From assembly GCF_963921235.1 (NCBI RefSeq), contig NC_086108.1, positions 89,778,001 to 89,842,000 on the forward strand: a stretch of 64,000 nt of DNA, given 5' to 3'. The notes below the pieces were generated by a model. That model did not search any database, was not told the DNA's origin, and worked only from the letters and a program-made list of their open reading frames with translations. This DNA is from Mobula hypostoma. Lineage: Eukaryota. Positions within the stretch are counted from its first letter, which is position 1. Each line of letters opens with the position of its first letter. Below, in pieces: positions 1-12,399 of the stretch. The position numbers and the translations under genes were made by a program.

Positions 1-210
1 CAAACTCCCTTTCTTGGGGTCCAGTACCAACCTAATTCTTCCAGTCTACCTGCATGTTGAAATCCCCCATAACAACTGTAGCATTACCTTTGCTACATGC
101 CAATTTCAACTCTTGATTCAACTTACACCCTACATCCAGACTACTGTTTGGGGGCCTGCAAATAACTCCCATTAGGGTCTTTCTAACCTTAGAATTTCTC
201 AGTTCTATCC
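1..210 (-). mobile_element. CR1 LINE fragment, endonuclease region
   Basis: Minus strand encodes VVMGDFNMQVDW, an APE endonuclease motif. Confidence 0.7.
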
Positions 211-589
211 ACGATAGAAAAATGGAAAGCTATGTAGGAGCGAAGGGTTAAATTAATCTTAGAGTCGGTTAAAAGATCAGCTCAACATTGTGGGCCGAAG
301 GGTCTGTACTGTGCAGTGATATTCTAATTTCTATGTTCTACTAAACTGCAATAGAAGAACTTGATATTCAGTTCCGAAGGCTGTAATGTGTAATTCTGAA
401 GATGAAGTGCTAATCCATGAGCATATGTTGAGCTCCGTCTGGAGTTTTGTCCAAAATCTAGCTGCTTGCACATTCACTGAATGGATGTCAGCCATTTTAG
501 ATCAGATGACTGAAGTTATCAAGTATGGCTGGAGTCAAAGTCGAAGCCATGCCTAAACTATTTCAACTGCCTATGCCCAAAGACCTGCA

Positions 590-2370
590 CCGGGACCAGA
601 GCCCTCCATGGACCACCTATCCAAACTTCTCTTAGAAGTTGAAATTGAGCTCCCATGCATCACTTGTGCTCACAGCTTGTTCAAAAATCACGACCTTCTG
701 AGTGAAGTTTCCTCTCAAGTTCCTCTGAAACTTTTCACTTTTCACCCTTAAGCCATGACCTCTGGTTGCAGACCCACCCAACTTCAGTGGAAAAAGCCTG
801 CTTGCATTTACCCCATCTACACCCCTCATAATATTGAATATCTCTATCAAATCTCCTCTCAATCTTCTATGTTCAAAAGAATGCAGTCCTATTCAATCTT
901 TCCTTATAATTCAGGTCCTCGTAACTTCTGCTGCACTCTTTCAACCTTGTTTACATCTTTCCTGTAGGTAGGTGACCAAAACTGCACCCAATACTCCAAA
1001 TTAGGCCTCACCAACGTCTTATACAATCTCAACATAACACCCCATCTTCTTTATTCAATACATTGATTTATGAAGGCCAATGTGCCAAATCTTTCTTTAC
1101 AAACCTGTCTTCATGTGATTCTTCCAACAAATTCTGTATCTATATTCCTAGATCACTTTGTTCTACCACACTCCTCAGTACCCTACCATTCACTATGTAA
1201 GACCTACTCTGATTGGTCTACCAAAGTGCAAAACCTCGCACTTTTCTGCATTAAATTCCATCTGCCATTTTTCCAGCTTATCAGATCCCTCTGCAAGCCA
1301 TGATAGCCTTCCTCACTGTCCACCGCACCCCCAATCTTAATGTCATCCACAAATTTGCTGATTCAGTTCACTACTTTATCATCCAAATCATTGATATAGA
1401 TGACAAAGGACATAGCTCCGATCCCTGCAACACACCACTAGTCACAGACCTCCAGTCAGAGAGGCAACCATCCAGAACCACTCTCTTGCTTCTCCCAGAA
1501 TTTACTATCTCATTCTGGATGTTAAGTGACTGAACCTTCTTGACCAGCAAACCATGCAGGACCTTGTCAAATGCCTCACTAAAGTCCTCACAGACAACAC
1601 CCACTGCCTTGCCTTCATCCACTTTCCCGGTAACTTGCTCGAAAAAAATCTGTAAGATCAGTTAGACATGATCTACCACACATGAACCCATGCTGACTAT
1701 CCTTAATCAGTCCATGCCTATCCAAATATTTATATATCCGGTCCGTAAGAATGCCTTCTCATGACTTTCCCACAACTGATGACAGTCTCACTAGCCTAAA
1801 ATTTCCTGGTTTCTGTTTAGAGCCTTTTTTAAACAGTGAAACAATATTTGCTATCTTCCAATCCTCTGCTGCCTCTCCTGTTGCCATAGATGATATAAAT
1901 ATCTCTGCTAGGGCCCCGGCAATTTCTGCACTTCCCTCCCGTAGGGTCACGGGAACACCTTGTCAGGCACTAGGAATTTATCCACCCTGATTTACCTCAG
2001 GGTAGCTAACACCTTCTGCTCTGTAATCTGGACAGGGTCCATGAAGTTGACGCTGCTTCGCATCACTTCTATAGACTCTGTGACAATCTCCTGGGTAAAT
2101 ACAGAGGCAAAAATGCAATTAAGATCTCCATCTCTTTTGGCTCCACACATGGATTATCATTCTGATTTTATACAGGACCAGTTTTGTCCCGAACAATCCT
2201 TTTGGTCTTAACATAACTGTAGAATCGTTTAGCATTCTTCTTCACCTTGTTTGCTAAAGCAACTTCATGCCTACTTCTAGCCTTCCTGATTTCTTTCTTA
2301 TGCGTTTGCTTGCATTTCTTGCACACCATAACCACCTCATTTGTTCCTACTCATCTATACTTACTGCTAA
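590..2370 (-). mobile_element. Degraded CR1 LINE ORF2 (RT and C-terminus)
   Basis: Broken ORFs 1759..1950 (EDWKIANIVSLFKKG...PGNFR), 1371..1622 (DFSEAFDKV...VTSGVLQGS) and 632..862 (RGDLIEIF...TRGHGL). Confidence 0.85.
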
Positions 2371-2372
2371 GC

Positions 2373-2550
2373 AATAGACAATAGGTGCAGGAGTAGGCCA
2401 TTCGGCCCTTCGAGCCCATACCACCATTCACTGTGATCATGGCTGATCATCCACAATCAGTACCCCATTCCTGCCTTCTCCCCATATCCCTTGACTCAGC
2501 TATCTTTAAGAGCTCTATCTAACCCTTTCTTGAAAGCATCCAGAGAATTA
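2373..2550 (-). mobile_element. CR1 3' end fragment, same subfamily as 62283-64000
   Basis: Near-identical to 62283-62460 (AATAGACAATAGGTGCAGGAGTAGGCCATTC...). Confidence 0.8.
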
Positions 2551-2963
2551 AGCAGGGCCTCAATAAAAGACCATAAGATACAGGAGAAGAATTAGGCCAT
2601 TCAGCCCGAGTTTGTTCTGTCATTTCATCATGGCTGAACTCGGATCCCATTCAACTCCATACACCTGCCATCTCACTACATCCCTTGATGCCCTGACCAG
2701 TCAGGAATCTATCAACTTTTGCTTTAAATATGCCCACAGACTTGGCCTCCACCGCAGTCTGTGGCAGAGCATTCCACAGATTCACCATTCTGGCTAAAAA
2801 ACATCTCTCCCCATTTCTGTTCTAAAAGTTTAAGGCTGTGCCTCTATTTCTGGATACCCTCACCCAAGGGAACATCCTCTCCACATCCACCTTAACTAAT
2901 CCTTTCAACATTCAAAGTTGCTGGTGAACGCAGCAGGCCAAGCAGCATCTGTAGGAAGAGGTG

Positions 2964-3001
2964 CAGTTGACGTTTCAGGCCGAGACCCTTCGTCAGGACT
3001 A
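2964..3001 (-). ncRNA. Hammerhead motif in the left pLTR (stem I mismatch)
   Basis: AGTC-CTGACGA-AGGGTCTCGGCCT-GAAA-CGTC^AACT; G>A at the first base after the cleavage site. Confidence 0.7.
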
Positions 3002-5403
3002 ACTGAAGGAAGAGTGAGTAAGGGATTTGAAAGTTGGAGGGGGAGGGGGAGATCCAAAATGATAGGAGAAGACAGGAGAGGGAGGGATAGAGCCAAGAGC
3101 TGGACAGGTGATAGGCAAAAGAGGACACGAGAGGATCATGGGACAGGAGGTCCGGGAAGAAAGACAAGCGGGGGGGACCTAGAGGATGGGCAAGAGGTAT
3201 ATTCAGAGGGACAGAGGGAGAAAAAGGAGAGTGATAGAAAGAATGTGTGCATAAAAATAAGTAACAGATGGGGTACGAGGGGGAGGTGGGACCTAGCGGA
3301 AGTTAGAGAAGTCGATGTTCATGCTATCAGGTTGGAGGCTACCCAGACAGAATATAAGGTGTTGTTCCTCCAGACTGAGTGTGGCTTCATCTTTACAGTA
3401 GGGGAGGCCGTGGATAGACATGTCAGAATGGGAATGGGATGTGGAATTAAAATGTGTGGCCACTGGGAGATCCTGCTTTCTCTGGTGGACAGAGCGTAGA
3501 TGTTCAGCAAAGCGGTCTCCCAGTCTGCGTCGGGTCTCGCCAATATATAAAAGGCCACATCGGGAGCACTGGACGCAGTATATCACCCCAGTCGACTCAC
3601 AGGTGAAGTGTTGCCTCACCTGGAAGGACTGTTTGGGGCCCTGAATGGTGGTAAGGGAGGAAGTGTAAGGGCATGTGTAGCACTTGTTCCGCTTACACGG
3701 ATAAGTGCCAGGAGGGAGATCAGTGGGGAGGGATGAGGGGGGACGAATGGACAAGGGAGTTGTGTAGGGAGCGATCCCTGCGGAATGCAGAGAGGGGGGG
3801 GAGGGAAAGATGTGCTTAGTGGTGGGATCCCGTTGGAGGTGGCGGAAGTTACGGAGAATAATATGTTGGACCCAGAGGCTGGTGGGGTGGTAGGTGAGGA
3901 CCCTATTCCTAGTAGGGTGGCGGGAGGATGGAGAGCAGATGTACGTGAAATGGGGGAGATGGGTTTAAGAGGAGAGTTGATAGTGGAGGAAGGGAAGCCC
4001 CTTTCTTTAAAAAAGGAAGACATCTCCCTCGTCCTAGAATGAAAAGCCTCATCCTGAGAGCAGATGCGGCGGAGACGGAGGAATTGTGAGAAGGGGATGG
4101 CATTTTTGCAAGAGACAGGGTGAGAAGAGGAATAGTCCAGATAGCTGTGAGAGTCAGTAGGCTTATAGTAGACATCAGTGGATAAGCTGTCTCCAGAGAC
4201 AGAGACAGAAAGATCTAGAAAGGGGAGGGAGGTGTCGGAAATGGACCAGGTAAACTTGAGGGCAGGGTGAAAGTTGGAGGCAAAGTTAATAAAGTCAACG
4301 AGTTCTGCATGCGTGCAGGAAGCAGCGCCAATGCAGTCGTCAATGTAGCGAAGGAAAAGTGGGGGACAGATACCAGAATAGGCACGGAACATAGATTGTT
4401 CTACAAACCCAACAAAAAGGCAGGCATAGCTAGGACCCATACGGGTGCCCATAGCTACACCTTTAGTTTGGAGGAAGTGGGAGGAGCCAAAGGAGAAATT
4501 ATTAAGAGTAAGGACTAATTCCGCTAGACGGAGCAGAGTGGTGGTAGAGGGGAACTGATTAGGACTGGACATCATTTAAGTTCCCTGGCCCCCACCGCTT
4601 TATTTTCACCATGGATGTCCAGTCCTTATATACTTCCATCCCCCATCAGGAAGGTCTTAAAGCTCTATGCTTCTTTTTGGATTCCAGACCTAATCAGTTC
4701 CCCTCTACCACCACTCTGCTCCGTCTAGCTACACATACCTTTACACTTCCTCCCTCACCACCATTCAGGGCCCCAAACAGTCCTTCCAGGTGAGGCAACA
4801 CTTCACCTGTGAGTCGACTGGGGTGATATACTGCGTCCGGTGTTCCCGATGTGGCCTTTTATATATTGGCGAGACCCGACGTATACTGGGAGACCGCTTT
4901 GCTGAACATCTACGCTCTGTCCGCCAGAGAAAGCAGGATCTCCCAGTGGCCACACATTTTAATTCCACATGCCATTCTGACATGTCTATCCACGGCCTCC
5001 TCTACTGTAAAGATGAAGCCACACTCAGGTTGGAGGAACAACACCTTATATTCTGTCTGGGTAGTCTCCAACCTGATGGCATGAACATCGACTTCTCTAA
5101 CTTCCGCTAGGCACCACCTCCCCCTCGTACCCCATCTGTTACTCATTTTTATGCACACATTCTTTCTCTCACTTTCCTTATTCTCCCTCTGTCCCTCTGA
5201 ATATACCTCTTGCCCATCCTCTGGGTCTCCCCCCCCCCCGTCTTTCTTCCTGGACCTCCTGTCCCATGATCCTCTCGTATCCCCTTTTGCCTATCACCTG
5301 TCCAGCTCTTGGCTCTATCCCTCCCCCTCCTGTCTTCTCCTATCATTTTGGATCTCCCCCTCCTCCTCCAACTTTCAAATTCCTTACTCACTCTTCCTTC
5401 AGT

Positions 5404-5441
5404 TAGTCCTGACGAAGGGTCTCGGCCTGAAACGTCGACTG
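5404..5441 (+). ncRNA. Minimal type I hammerhead ribozyme motif in Penelope pLTR (core intact)
   Basis: AGTC-CTGACGA-AGGGTCTCGGCCT-GAAA-CGTC^GACT: stem I AGTC/GACT, CUGANGA and GAAA boxes, stem II, palindromic ACGT stem III, GUC cleavage triplet. Confidence 0.85.
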
Positions 5442-6110
5442 CACCTCTTCCTACAGATGCTGCTTGGCCTGCTGCATTCACCAGCAACTTTGATGTGTGT
5501 TGCTTGAATTTCCAGCATCTGCAGAATTCCTGTTGTTTGCCTTTCAACATTCGGTAGGTTTCAATGAGAACCCCCCGCATTCATCTAAATTCTAGTGAGT
5601 ACAGGCCCAAAGCTGCCAAACACTCCTCATATGTTAACCCCTTCATTCCCAAAATAATCCTTGCGAATCTCCTTTGGACTCTCTCCAATGACATTACATC
5701 CTTTCTGAGTTAAGGGGCCCATAATTGTTGACAATGCTCCGTGCGGCCTGATTAGTGTCTTATAAAGCTTCAGCATTATCTCCTTGTTTTTATCTTCTAT
5801 TCCCTTTGAAATAAGTGCCAACGTTGCATTTGCCTTCTTTACCACAGACTCAACCTGTGAATTAACCTTCTGGGAGTCTTGCACAAGAACTCTCAAGTCC
5901 CTCTCAACTCTGATGCTTGAATTTTCTCCCCATTTAGATAATAGTCTGCACCATTGTTCCTTTTACCAAAATGGATTATCATACATTTTCCAATATCTCT
6001 TGAAAACCAAGGTTGCCTACACTTGTTGTCTTTACCTTTTGTTCTGACAGGCATATACATGCTTTGTATTCTCAAAATTTCACTTTTGAAGACCTCCCAC
6101 TTACCAAGTA

Positions 6111-7710
6111 CAAACCCCATTTCCAGGAAAGTTGGGATATTTTCCAAAATGCAATAAAAACAAAAATCTGTGATATGTTAATTCACGTGAACCTTTATTT
6201 AACTGACAAAAGTACAAAGAAAAGATTTTCAATCGTTTTACTGACCAACTTAATTGTATTTTGTAAACATACACAAGTTTAGAATTTGATGGCTGCAACA
6301 CACTCAACAAAAGTTGGGACAGAGTTAAAATAAGATTGAAAAGTGCACAGAATATTCAAGTAACACCAGTTTGGAAGACTCCACATTAAGCAGGCTAATT
6401 GGCAGCAGGTGAGGTATCATGACCGGGTATAAAAGTAGCGTCCAACAAAGGCTCAGTCTTTGCAAGCAAGGATGAGTCGTGGCTCACCCCATTGTGCCAA
6501 AATTCATGAGAGAATTGTTAGTCAGTTCAAAAGGAACATTTTTCAATGCAAGATTGCAGAGAATTTAGGTCTTTCAATATCTACAGTACATAATATTGTG
6601 AAAAGATTCAGAGAATTCAGAGACATCTCAGTGCGTAAAGGGCAAGGTCGGAAACCACTGTTGAATGCGCGTGATCTTCGAGCCCTCAGGCGGCACTGCC
6701 TAAGAAACTGTCATGCTACTGTGACAATCATATCCTGGGCTCGGGAGTACTTCGGAAAACCATTGTGACTCAACACAGTCCGTTGCTACATCCAGAAATG
6801 CAACTTGAAACTGCATTACACAAGGAGGAAGCCATACATCAACTCTGTGCAGAAACGCAGGCGAGTTCTCTGGGCCCGAGCTCATCTCAGATGGACCAAG
6901 AGACTGTGGAACCGTGTGCTGTGGTCAGATGAGTCCACATTTCAGCTAGTTTTCGGAAAAAACGGGCGTCGAGTTCTCCGTGCCAAAGATGAAAACGACC
7001 ATTCAGATTGTTATCAGCGAAAGATGCAAAAGCCAGCATCTGTGATGGTATGGGGGTGCATCAATGCCCAAAGCATGCGTGAGTTGCATGTATGTGAAGG
7101 TACCATTGACTCTGAGGCATATATTAGGATTTTAGAGAGAGAGATATATTGCCATCAAGGCGACGTCTCTTCCTGGGCTGTCCATGCTTATTGCAGCAGG
7201 ACAATGCCAGACCACATTCTGCGTGGGCTACAACAGCGTGGCTTTGTAGACACAGAGTGCGTGTGCTTGACTGGCCTGCTGCCAGTCCAGATCTATCTCC
7301 TATTGAAAATGTATGGCGCATCATGAAGAGGAGAATCAGACAACGGAGACCACGGACCATTCAGCAGCTGAAGTCTTATATCAAGCAAGAATGGACAAAA
7401 TTTCCAATTGCAAATCTACAATTAGTATCCTCAGTTCCAAAACGATTAAAAAGTGTTATTAAAAGGAAAGGTGATGTAACACAATGGTAAACATGCCTCT
7501 GTCCCAACTTTTGTTGAGTGTGTTGCAGCCATCAAATTCTAAATTTGTGTATGTTTACAAAATACAATTAAGTTGATCAGTAAAACTATTGAAAATCTTT
7601 TCTTTGTACTTCCGTCAGTTAAATAAAGGTTCACGTGAATTAACATATTACAGATTTTTGTTTTTATTGCATTTTGGAAAATATCCCAACTTTTTTGGAA
7701 ATGGGGTTTG
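6111..7710 (+). mobile_element. Tc1 DNA transposon (DD34E), full length, transposase pseudogene ~6472-7490
   Basis: TA duplication at 6109-6110 and 7711-7712. TIRs of ~210 bp start CAAACCCCATTTCC with internal AAAGTTGGGA direct repeats. Motifs WSDES, QQDNARPH and SPDLSPIE with 34 residues between D and E. Stop at 6766-6768 and frameshift near 7140. Confidence 0.96.
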
Positions 7711-8487
7711 TACACCTTTGCTAGAAGACAGCCTGTCCCAATCCACAATTGCCAAATCATTTCTGATACCATCAAAATTGGCTTTTCTCCAATTTAGAAT
7801 CTCAAACTGCAGACCAAAGCTATTTCTTTGCTTATTCATTTTGAAACTAACGGCATTTTTGTCACTGGATGCAAAGTGTTCCCCATACACAAACTTCTGT
7901 CACCTGCCCTGTCTCATTCTCTAATAGTAGATCCAGCATCACACACTCTCTCATTGGGACTTGTACGTACTGATGAAGGAAACTTTCCTGAACACATTTG
8001 ACAAACTCTATCCTATCTAGTTCTTTTACAGCATGGGATTCCCAGTCACTATGTGGGAAGTTAAAACCATCTACTGTAACAAACTTCTTTCTTGCAACAG
8101 ACTGTGATCTCTCAACAAATTTATTCCTCTAAATCCCTAGGTTTGTTGGGTGATCTGTAATATAGCCATTAACGATGTCATACCTTTCTTATTCCTCAAT
8201 TTCACCCGTAATACCTCACTAGTTGAGTTCTCTAGTCTGTCTGAAGCACTGCCATGACATTTTCCCTGACCAGTAATACCACACCTTCTCCTTTAATTCC
8301 TCCTGCTCTGTCACATCTAAAGCAACAGAACCCTGAAACACTGAGCTGCCTGTCCTGCAAGCAAGTCTCACTAATGACTACCATGTAATAATTCAAGGTG
8401 TTGATTCATGCCCTGAGCTCACCTGCCTCTCCATCATACTACTTGCATTGAAATATACGCAGCTCCGGACTAGTTGTATCATGCTCC

Positions 8488-8794
8488 GGGGTAGTGGAGG
8501 TATAATTTATCCATCTGTGCTGATCACCACATCCTTGACTTAGCTGTTCCACCGTGAACACGATCTGTTATGAGTCAACATGATGCTTTCAGATCAGGTC
8601 ACGCATAGCACATACCTCCGCCACACTGCTCAGTTGTGTTTCTGGGGTACAAGGGCTAGCGACTCTTGTGCCTGTTATCACTGAGCAGCAGTGAACCATC
8701 TGATTGGCCTATCAGAGTTCTCTTTGAGAACTAGCTGACTTGATCAGCATTTCTGATCTGGCTATTGTTAACAATTGCACTTAATAAAAAAGAA
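8488..8794 (+). other. Unidentified structured, A-tailed insertion in CR1
   Basis: Flanked by GCTCC (8483-8487 and 8795-8799); ends AATAAAAAAAGAA; several long hairpins; CR1 sequence resumes on both sides. Confidence 0.6.
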
Positions 8795-11193
8795 GCTCCA
8801 CTTTTGATTCCTGACTTTGTGTGAGGTCTTACCAGCATGTCACTCCACACCCTCTCCACCAACTGTTTTGGCACTCTGGTTCCCATCTCTCTGCAACTCT
8901 ACTTTAAATTCGACCATGCAGTATTAACAAACCTTTCCAGTAAGATATTAGTCCCCTCCAATTCAGGTGCAAATTATTCCTTCTGTACAGGTCCCACCTT
9001 CCCTGGAAGATAGCTCAATCATTCAAAAATCTTATGCCCTCCCTCCTACACCATCTCCTTAGCCACTGTATAATCCTCTTAGTTCTGGCCTCACTAGCAT
9101 GTGACATGAGATCACAACCCTGGAGGTTCTGCCCTTTAACTTTGCACCCAACTCCCTGAAATCCCAATGCAGAACCTCATCACTCGTCCTACCCATGTCA
9201 TTGGTACCTACATGGACCACAAACTCTGGCTGTCTCCCCACCCCCACAGAACCTCCTGTCCATTCCCCTGTCACTACAGTGTGCCTCTTCTCCCCCTTCC
9301 CTTCTGAGTTACACAGCTAGACTCAGTGCCAGAGACCTGACCACTGTGACTATCCTCCGTTAGGTCACCCTTCGGCAGTATCCAAAGTGATGTACCTGTT
9401 GTTGGGGGGGCGGCGGGGTGAAGGCCACAGAGGTACTCTGCAGTGGCTCCTTATCCCCTTTTCCTTTCCTGTCACCCAGCTTCCTGTGTCCTGCACTTTG
9501 GGTGTAATTACCTCTCTACTTGTCCATCTATCACCCCTTCAGCCTCACAATTGAACTGCAGTTCACCCAGTTCCAGCTCCACCACCTTAACACAGATTGT
9601 TAGATGTACTTTTTGCAGTTGTAGTCATTAAGGACACTGGAGGGCTCCCTGCCTTCTCACATCCCGCAAGAAACACATTCCACTATCCTCCCTGGCATCT
9701 CCACTGTCCGACCTGAGCAGATATAAAGGAAGGAAAAGTAAACAACCTAGAACTTTTCTTTGCTTTCTCTGACTGAAGCCTTGAAGAGGTAAATCCTCAA
9801 GATCACCACTCTGACTCTGTCCACTCAGATGATGGCTGCTGCACTTTAATTTGCTCTTGCTAATCAATCTCAAAAGGGGTTTGGTCGCTGGTCAGAGCTC
9901 TATTATGTGCCCATGACCTACTACTACCTTTTCCTACTCGGGCAGTGGACCTGAGTGAAATCCCCCTCTCTCAAAACTTCCAATGTCCAGATTGGTCGCT
10001 GGTCAAAGCTCCAGGCTAGGGGAAAGCAGGAGCATAACAAATGTATGAAAATTAAGGTCAAGCACGACATAGCACTTCCTTACTAATGTATTAGTTATCC
10101 ATTAGTTATCAATGGCAACACTCACTCTAGATGGTAACTTGTGAGATTGCCTACACCAAAAGGCAGTAGCAGCAGGTATTAAAAGATTGTTGTTAGCTAT
10201 CTAGTGGCGTGGGTGGGAAACCGAAGAGAAACAGAAAGAGAATTATCAGATAGGCGAGATGGAGGATTAGTAGGAAGGGGAGAAGCTGGTTATAATAATG
10301 GCAGAATATCATTCAAAGTAAGCATTAAGCATGGGGGAAAGCAGCAGACTGATCAGTGGTTAGCTTCTCAGCCCCGGAAAAAAGGTAGTGCTCTAAAGGC
10401 ATTGTTACATTTCCCTAAACCCTGCAAAACTCAAGTGGAGGCGTTGTTCAAAAGACTGAAGATATGGGTTAAGGAAATTGAAGTTATTTAGCCTCATGAT
10501 AAGATTAAAGATACAGCTTATGCTTGAAGAGGGCATGAAGGAGCAGGGCATCCTGCACTCTGTGTATAAACAGTGGCTCTGCTTCTCCTGGAAGATCAAC
10601 AATCTCCCTCAATATTAGAATGCTGACTACAGTCCAACATTAGTATAGATGACAGTTCAAGGCAAAATGCTGCAAAGGCACAAAACCTGAAATAAAAGAT
10701 GCTGACAAGATTCTACAGGTCAGTCATATTCTGAGGATAGAGAAACATGAAACATTTGAAGTCAATGAACTTCCTTCCACCCCATACTCAAAGTCTAATC
10801 AATTAACCAAACATGGTTTCTCTTTCAAATTTAGGTTCTCTGCTCATTACTTTTTTCTAAATGCCATTATTACATTCTTCGTTCAATTCCAATATTAATC
10901 CTGGAACAAATTCCACTTAAGTCTGGGTGGTCAACTAAGCTTTCTGAAACTTGCCTGTAATCATCAACAAGTCATACAGCATCTTTGCGACGAGTTGTTA
11001 ATGCTCATGCAATAACTTTTTCTTGGAACCTACCATCTGATTGAGAGTTAGTGGCAAATGACCATAATTTGGAGACCATAATTAAAGTGCAGATGTGTTA
11101 CTTTTAAAGAGCTTTGTATTTAAGTAAATAGGGTTCCAGTTATTTAACAAAAAATCTTCACAAGCAGCAGGAGCTAAATGATCAGACAAGCAG

Positions 11194-11338
11194 CAACACA
11201 CACAAAATGCTGGAGGAACTCATCAAGCCAGGCAGCTATTGGGAGGAAAGCGTTAGATGCTGCCTGACTTGCTGAGTTCCTCCAGCATTTTGTCTGTGTT
11301 GCTCAAGATTTCCAGCATCTGCAGAATCTCTTGTGTTT
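11194..11338. mobile_element. Miniature fold-back Penelope pLTR insertion (no ribozyme core retained)
   Basis: CAACACACACAAAATGCTGGAGGAACTCA... and its inverted copy, followed by the tail ...CAGCATCTGCAGAATCTCTTGTGTTT. TSD ATGATCAGACAAGCAG at 11178-11193 and 11339-11354. Confidence 0.85.
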
Positions 11339-11625
11339 ATGATCAGACAAGCAGTTTCTGATAGCAAGGAAAAAAAGTGGTATGGGATTTGCTAAGCAAA
11401 TGGCAAGGATTCAAAACTGACTTAGAGGACAACAGTACTGCCAATTTAATATTACTTCGGCAGAGTTTATATTTCAGTGCTTAAACCCAACAAAGAATCT
11501 AAAGAATGTCACCAACTCAAGTGAGGACACAATACTCTGCAAGGGGTTTCAGTACTGCTTTTAAGTGGTGTCCAACCTCCTTACTTCTGTATTCTAGCAC
11601 AGCACTTACACCATATAGACATTTC

Positions 11626-11985
11626 AAACATAGAACAGTAAAGCATGGTACAGGCCCTTCAGCCCACGATGTTATGCCAATCTTTTCACCTTCTCCAAGA
11701 TCAATTGAACACTTTCCTCTCACATAGCCCTTCAATTCTCTTTTATCCATGTGCCATCCTCACAATTTCTTAAGTGTCCCAAGTATATCTGATTCTACCA
11801 CCACCCTTGGAAGCACATTCTGCACACCCATCATGCTAATAAAATCCCCACCCCTAACCCTTCCCTTATACTTTCTTCCAATCACCTTAAAATTACGCCC
11901 TCTTGTATCAGCTATTTCTATCCTGGGGAAAAGGCACTGGCTGTCCACTATCTGCTTCATCAGCTCGTACATCTCTATCAAGACT
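11626..11985 (-). mobile_element. CR1 3' fragment
   Basis: ORF 11760..11981 (IEMYELMKQIVDSQCLFPR...TRGRNFKV) plus CR1 3' UTR. Confidence 0.75.
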
Positions 11986-12399
11986 TTTCCAAATCATGCA
12001 CTTGGACACCTTCAGTAGATCTGTCTACATCTGAGCTTTTCAGTTTCTATTCAAATAGCTTTTCTTGCTAAAGTGGAGACTCCCCAAATTATACTGTGAG
12101 TGATCATACCCCAATTTCAAACTAATTATATTACCTGACAGTCTCTTGATGTCCTCTTCAAAATTTACTTTCTTACCTTCTTTTATCGTCAAATTTAGCC
12201 ATTATTCCTTTAATTTAATCGTTTAAAGATTTGTCATTGGCACCAGAACCAATCCATGGAGCACACTTCTGGTTACAGTTCGCCAGCTAGAAAAATACCC
12301 AATTATGCCTATCCTTTCCTGTGATTATAATCATAAATTCTGCTAAAGGTCAAGCGGAAGCCCATTGAGTGCTTTAGACTCTCTCACTACCCTCTTTTG

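Larger units (their letters stand above)
2914..5539. mobile_element. Penelope-like element with inverted pseudo-LTRs: RT + GIY-YIG + pLTR on minus (2914-~4570); RT piece + GIY-YIG + pLTR on plus (~4570-5539)
   Basis: ORF 3616..4575 has GVAMGTRMGPSYA and RYIDD. ORFs 3293..3754 and 4790..5110 have VIYCxxCxxCGLLYIGET (GIY-YIG). TSD CCTTTCAACATTC at 2901-2913 and 5540-5552. Confidence 0.93.
2568..5990 (-). mobile_element. CR1 3' portion split by the Penelope insertion (pieces 2568-2913 and 5540-5990)
   Basis: CR1 3' UTR and C-terminal ORF2 text (RGVLIETYRMLKG; VESVVKKANA...LYKTLIRPH) continues across a 13-bp duplication. Confidence 0.8.
5990..9930 (-). mobile_element. Degraded 5' half of a CR1 LINE (ORF1 SGNH esterase-like region, endonuclease, linker), interrupted by Tc1 and a 307-bp insert
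   Basis: ORF 9059..9274 has VVHVGTNDMGR; ORF 7648..7890 has LNWRKANFDGIRNDLAIVDW; ORF 5893..6147 has KWEVFKSEILRIQSMYMP. Confidence 0.8.

Noticed and set aside
2918..3499. 193-aa plus-strand ORF and similar ORFs (5149..5580, 5151..5507, 53026..53409, 35857..36219)
   Set aside because: These are antisense or off-frame reads of Penelope pLTRs; the repeated peptides reflect repeat copies, not genes.
9881..10011. Two ~20-bp direct repeats TTGGTCGCTGGTCA(G/A)AGCTC
   Set aside because: Only two units, at the 5' end of a CR1 element; not a CRISPR-like or otherwise regular array.
10204..10540. 95-aa ORF ending LKIWVKEIEVI, faintly like an LTR-retrotransposon gag start
   Set aside because: No LTRs, primer-binding site or further domains were seen; the similarity is too weak.
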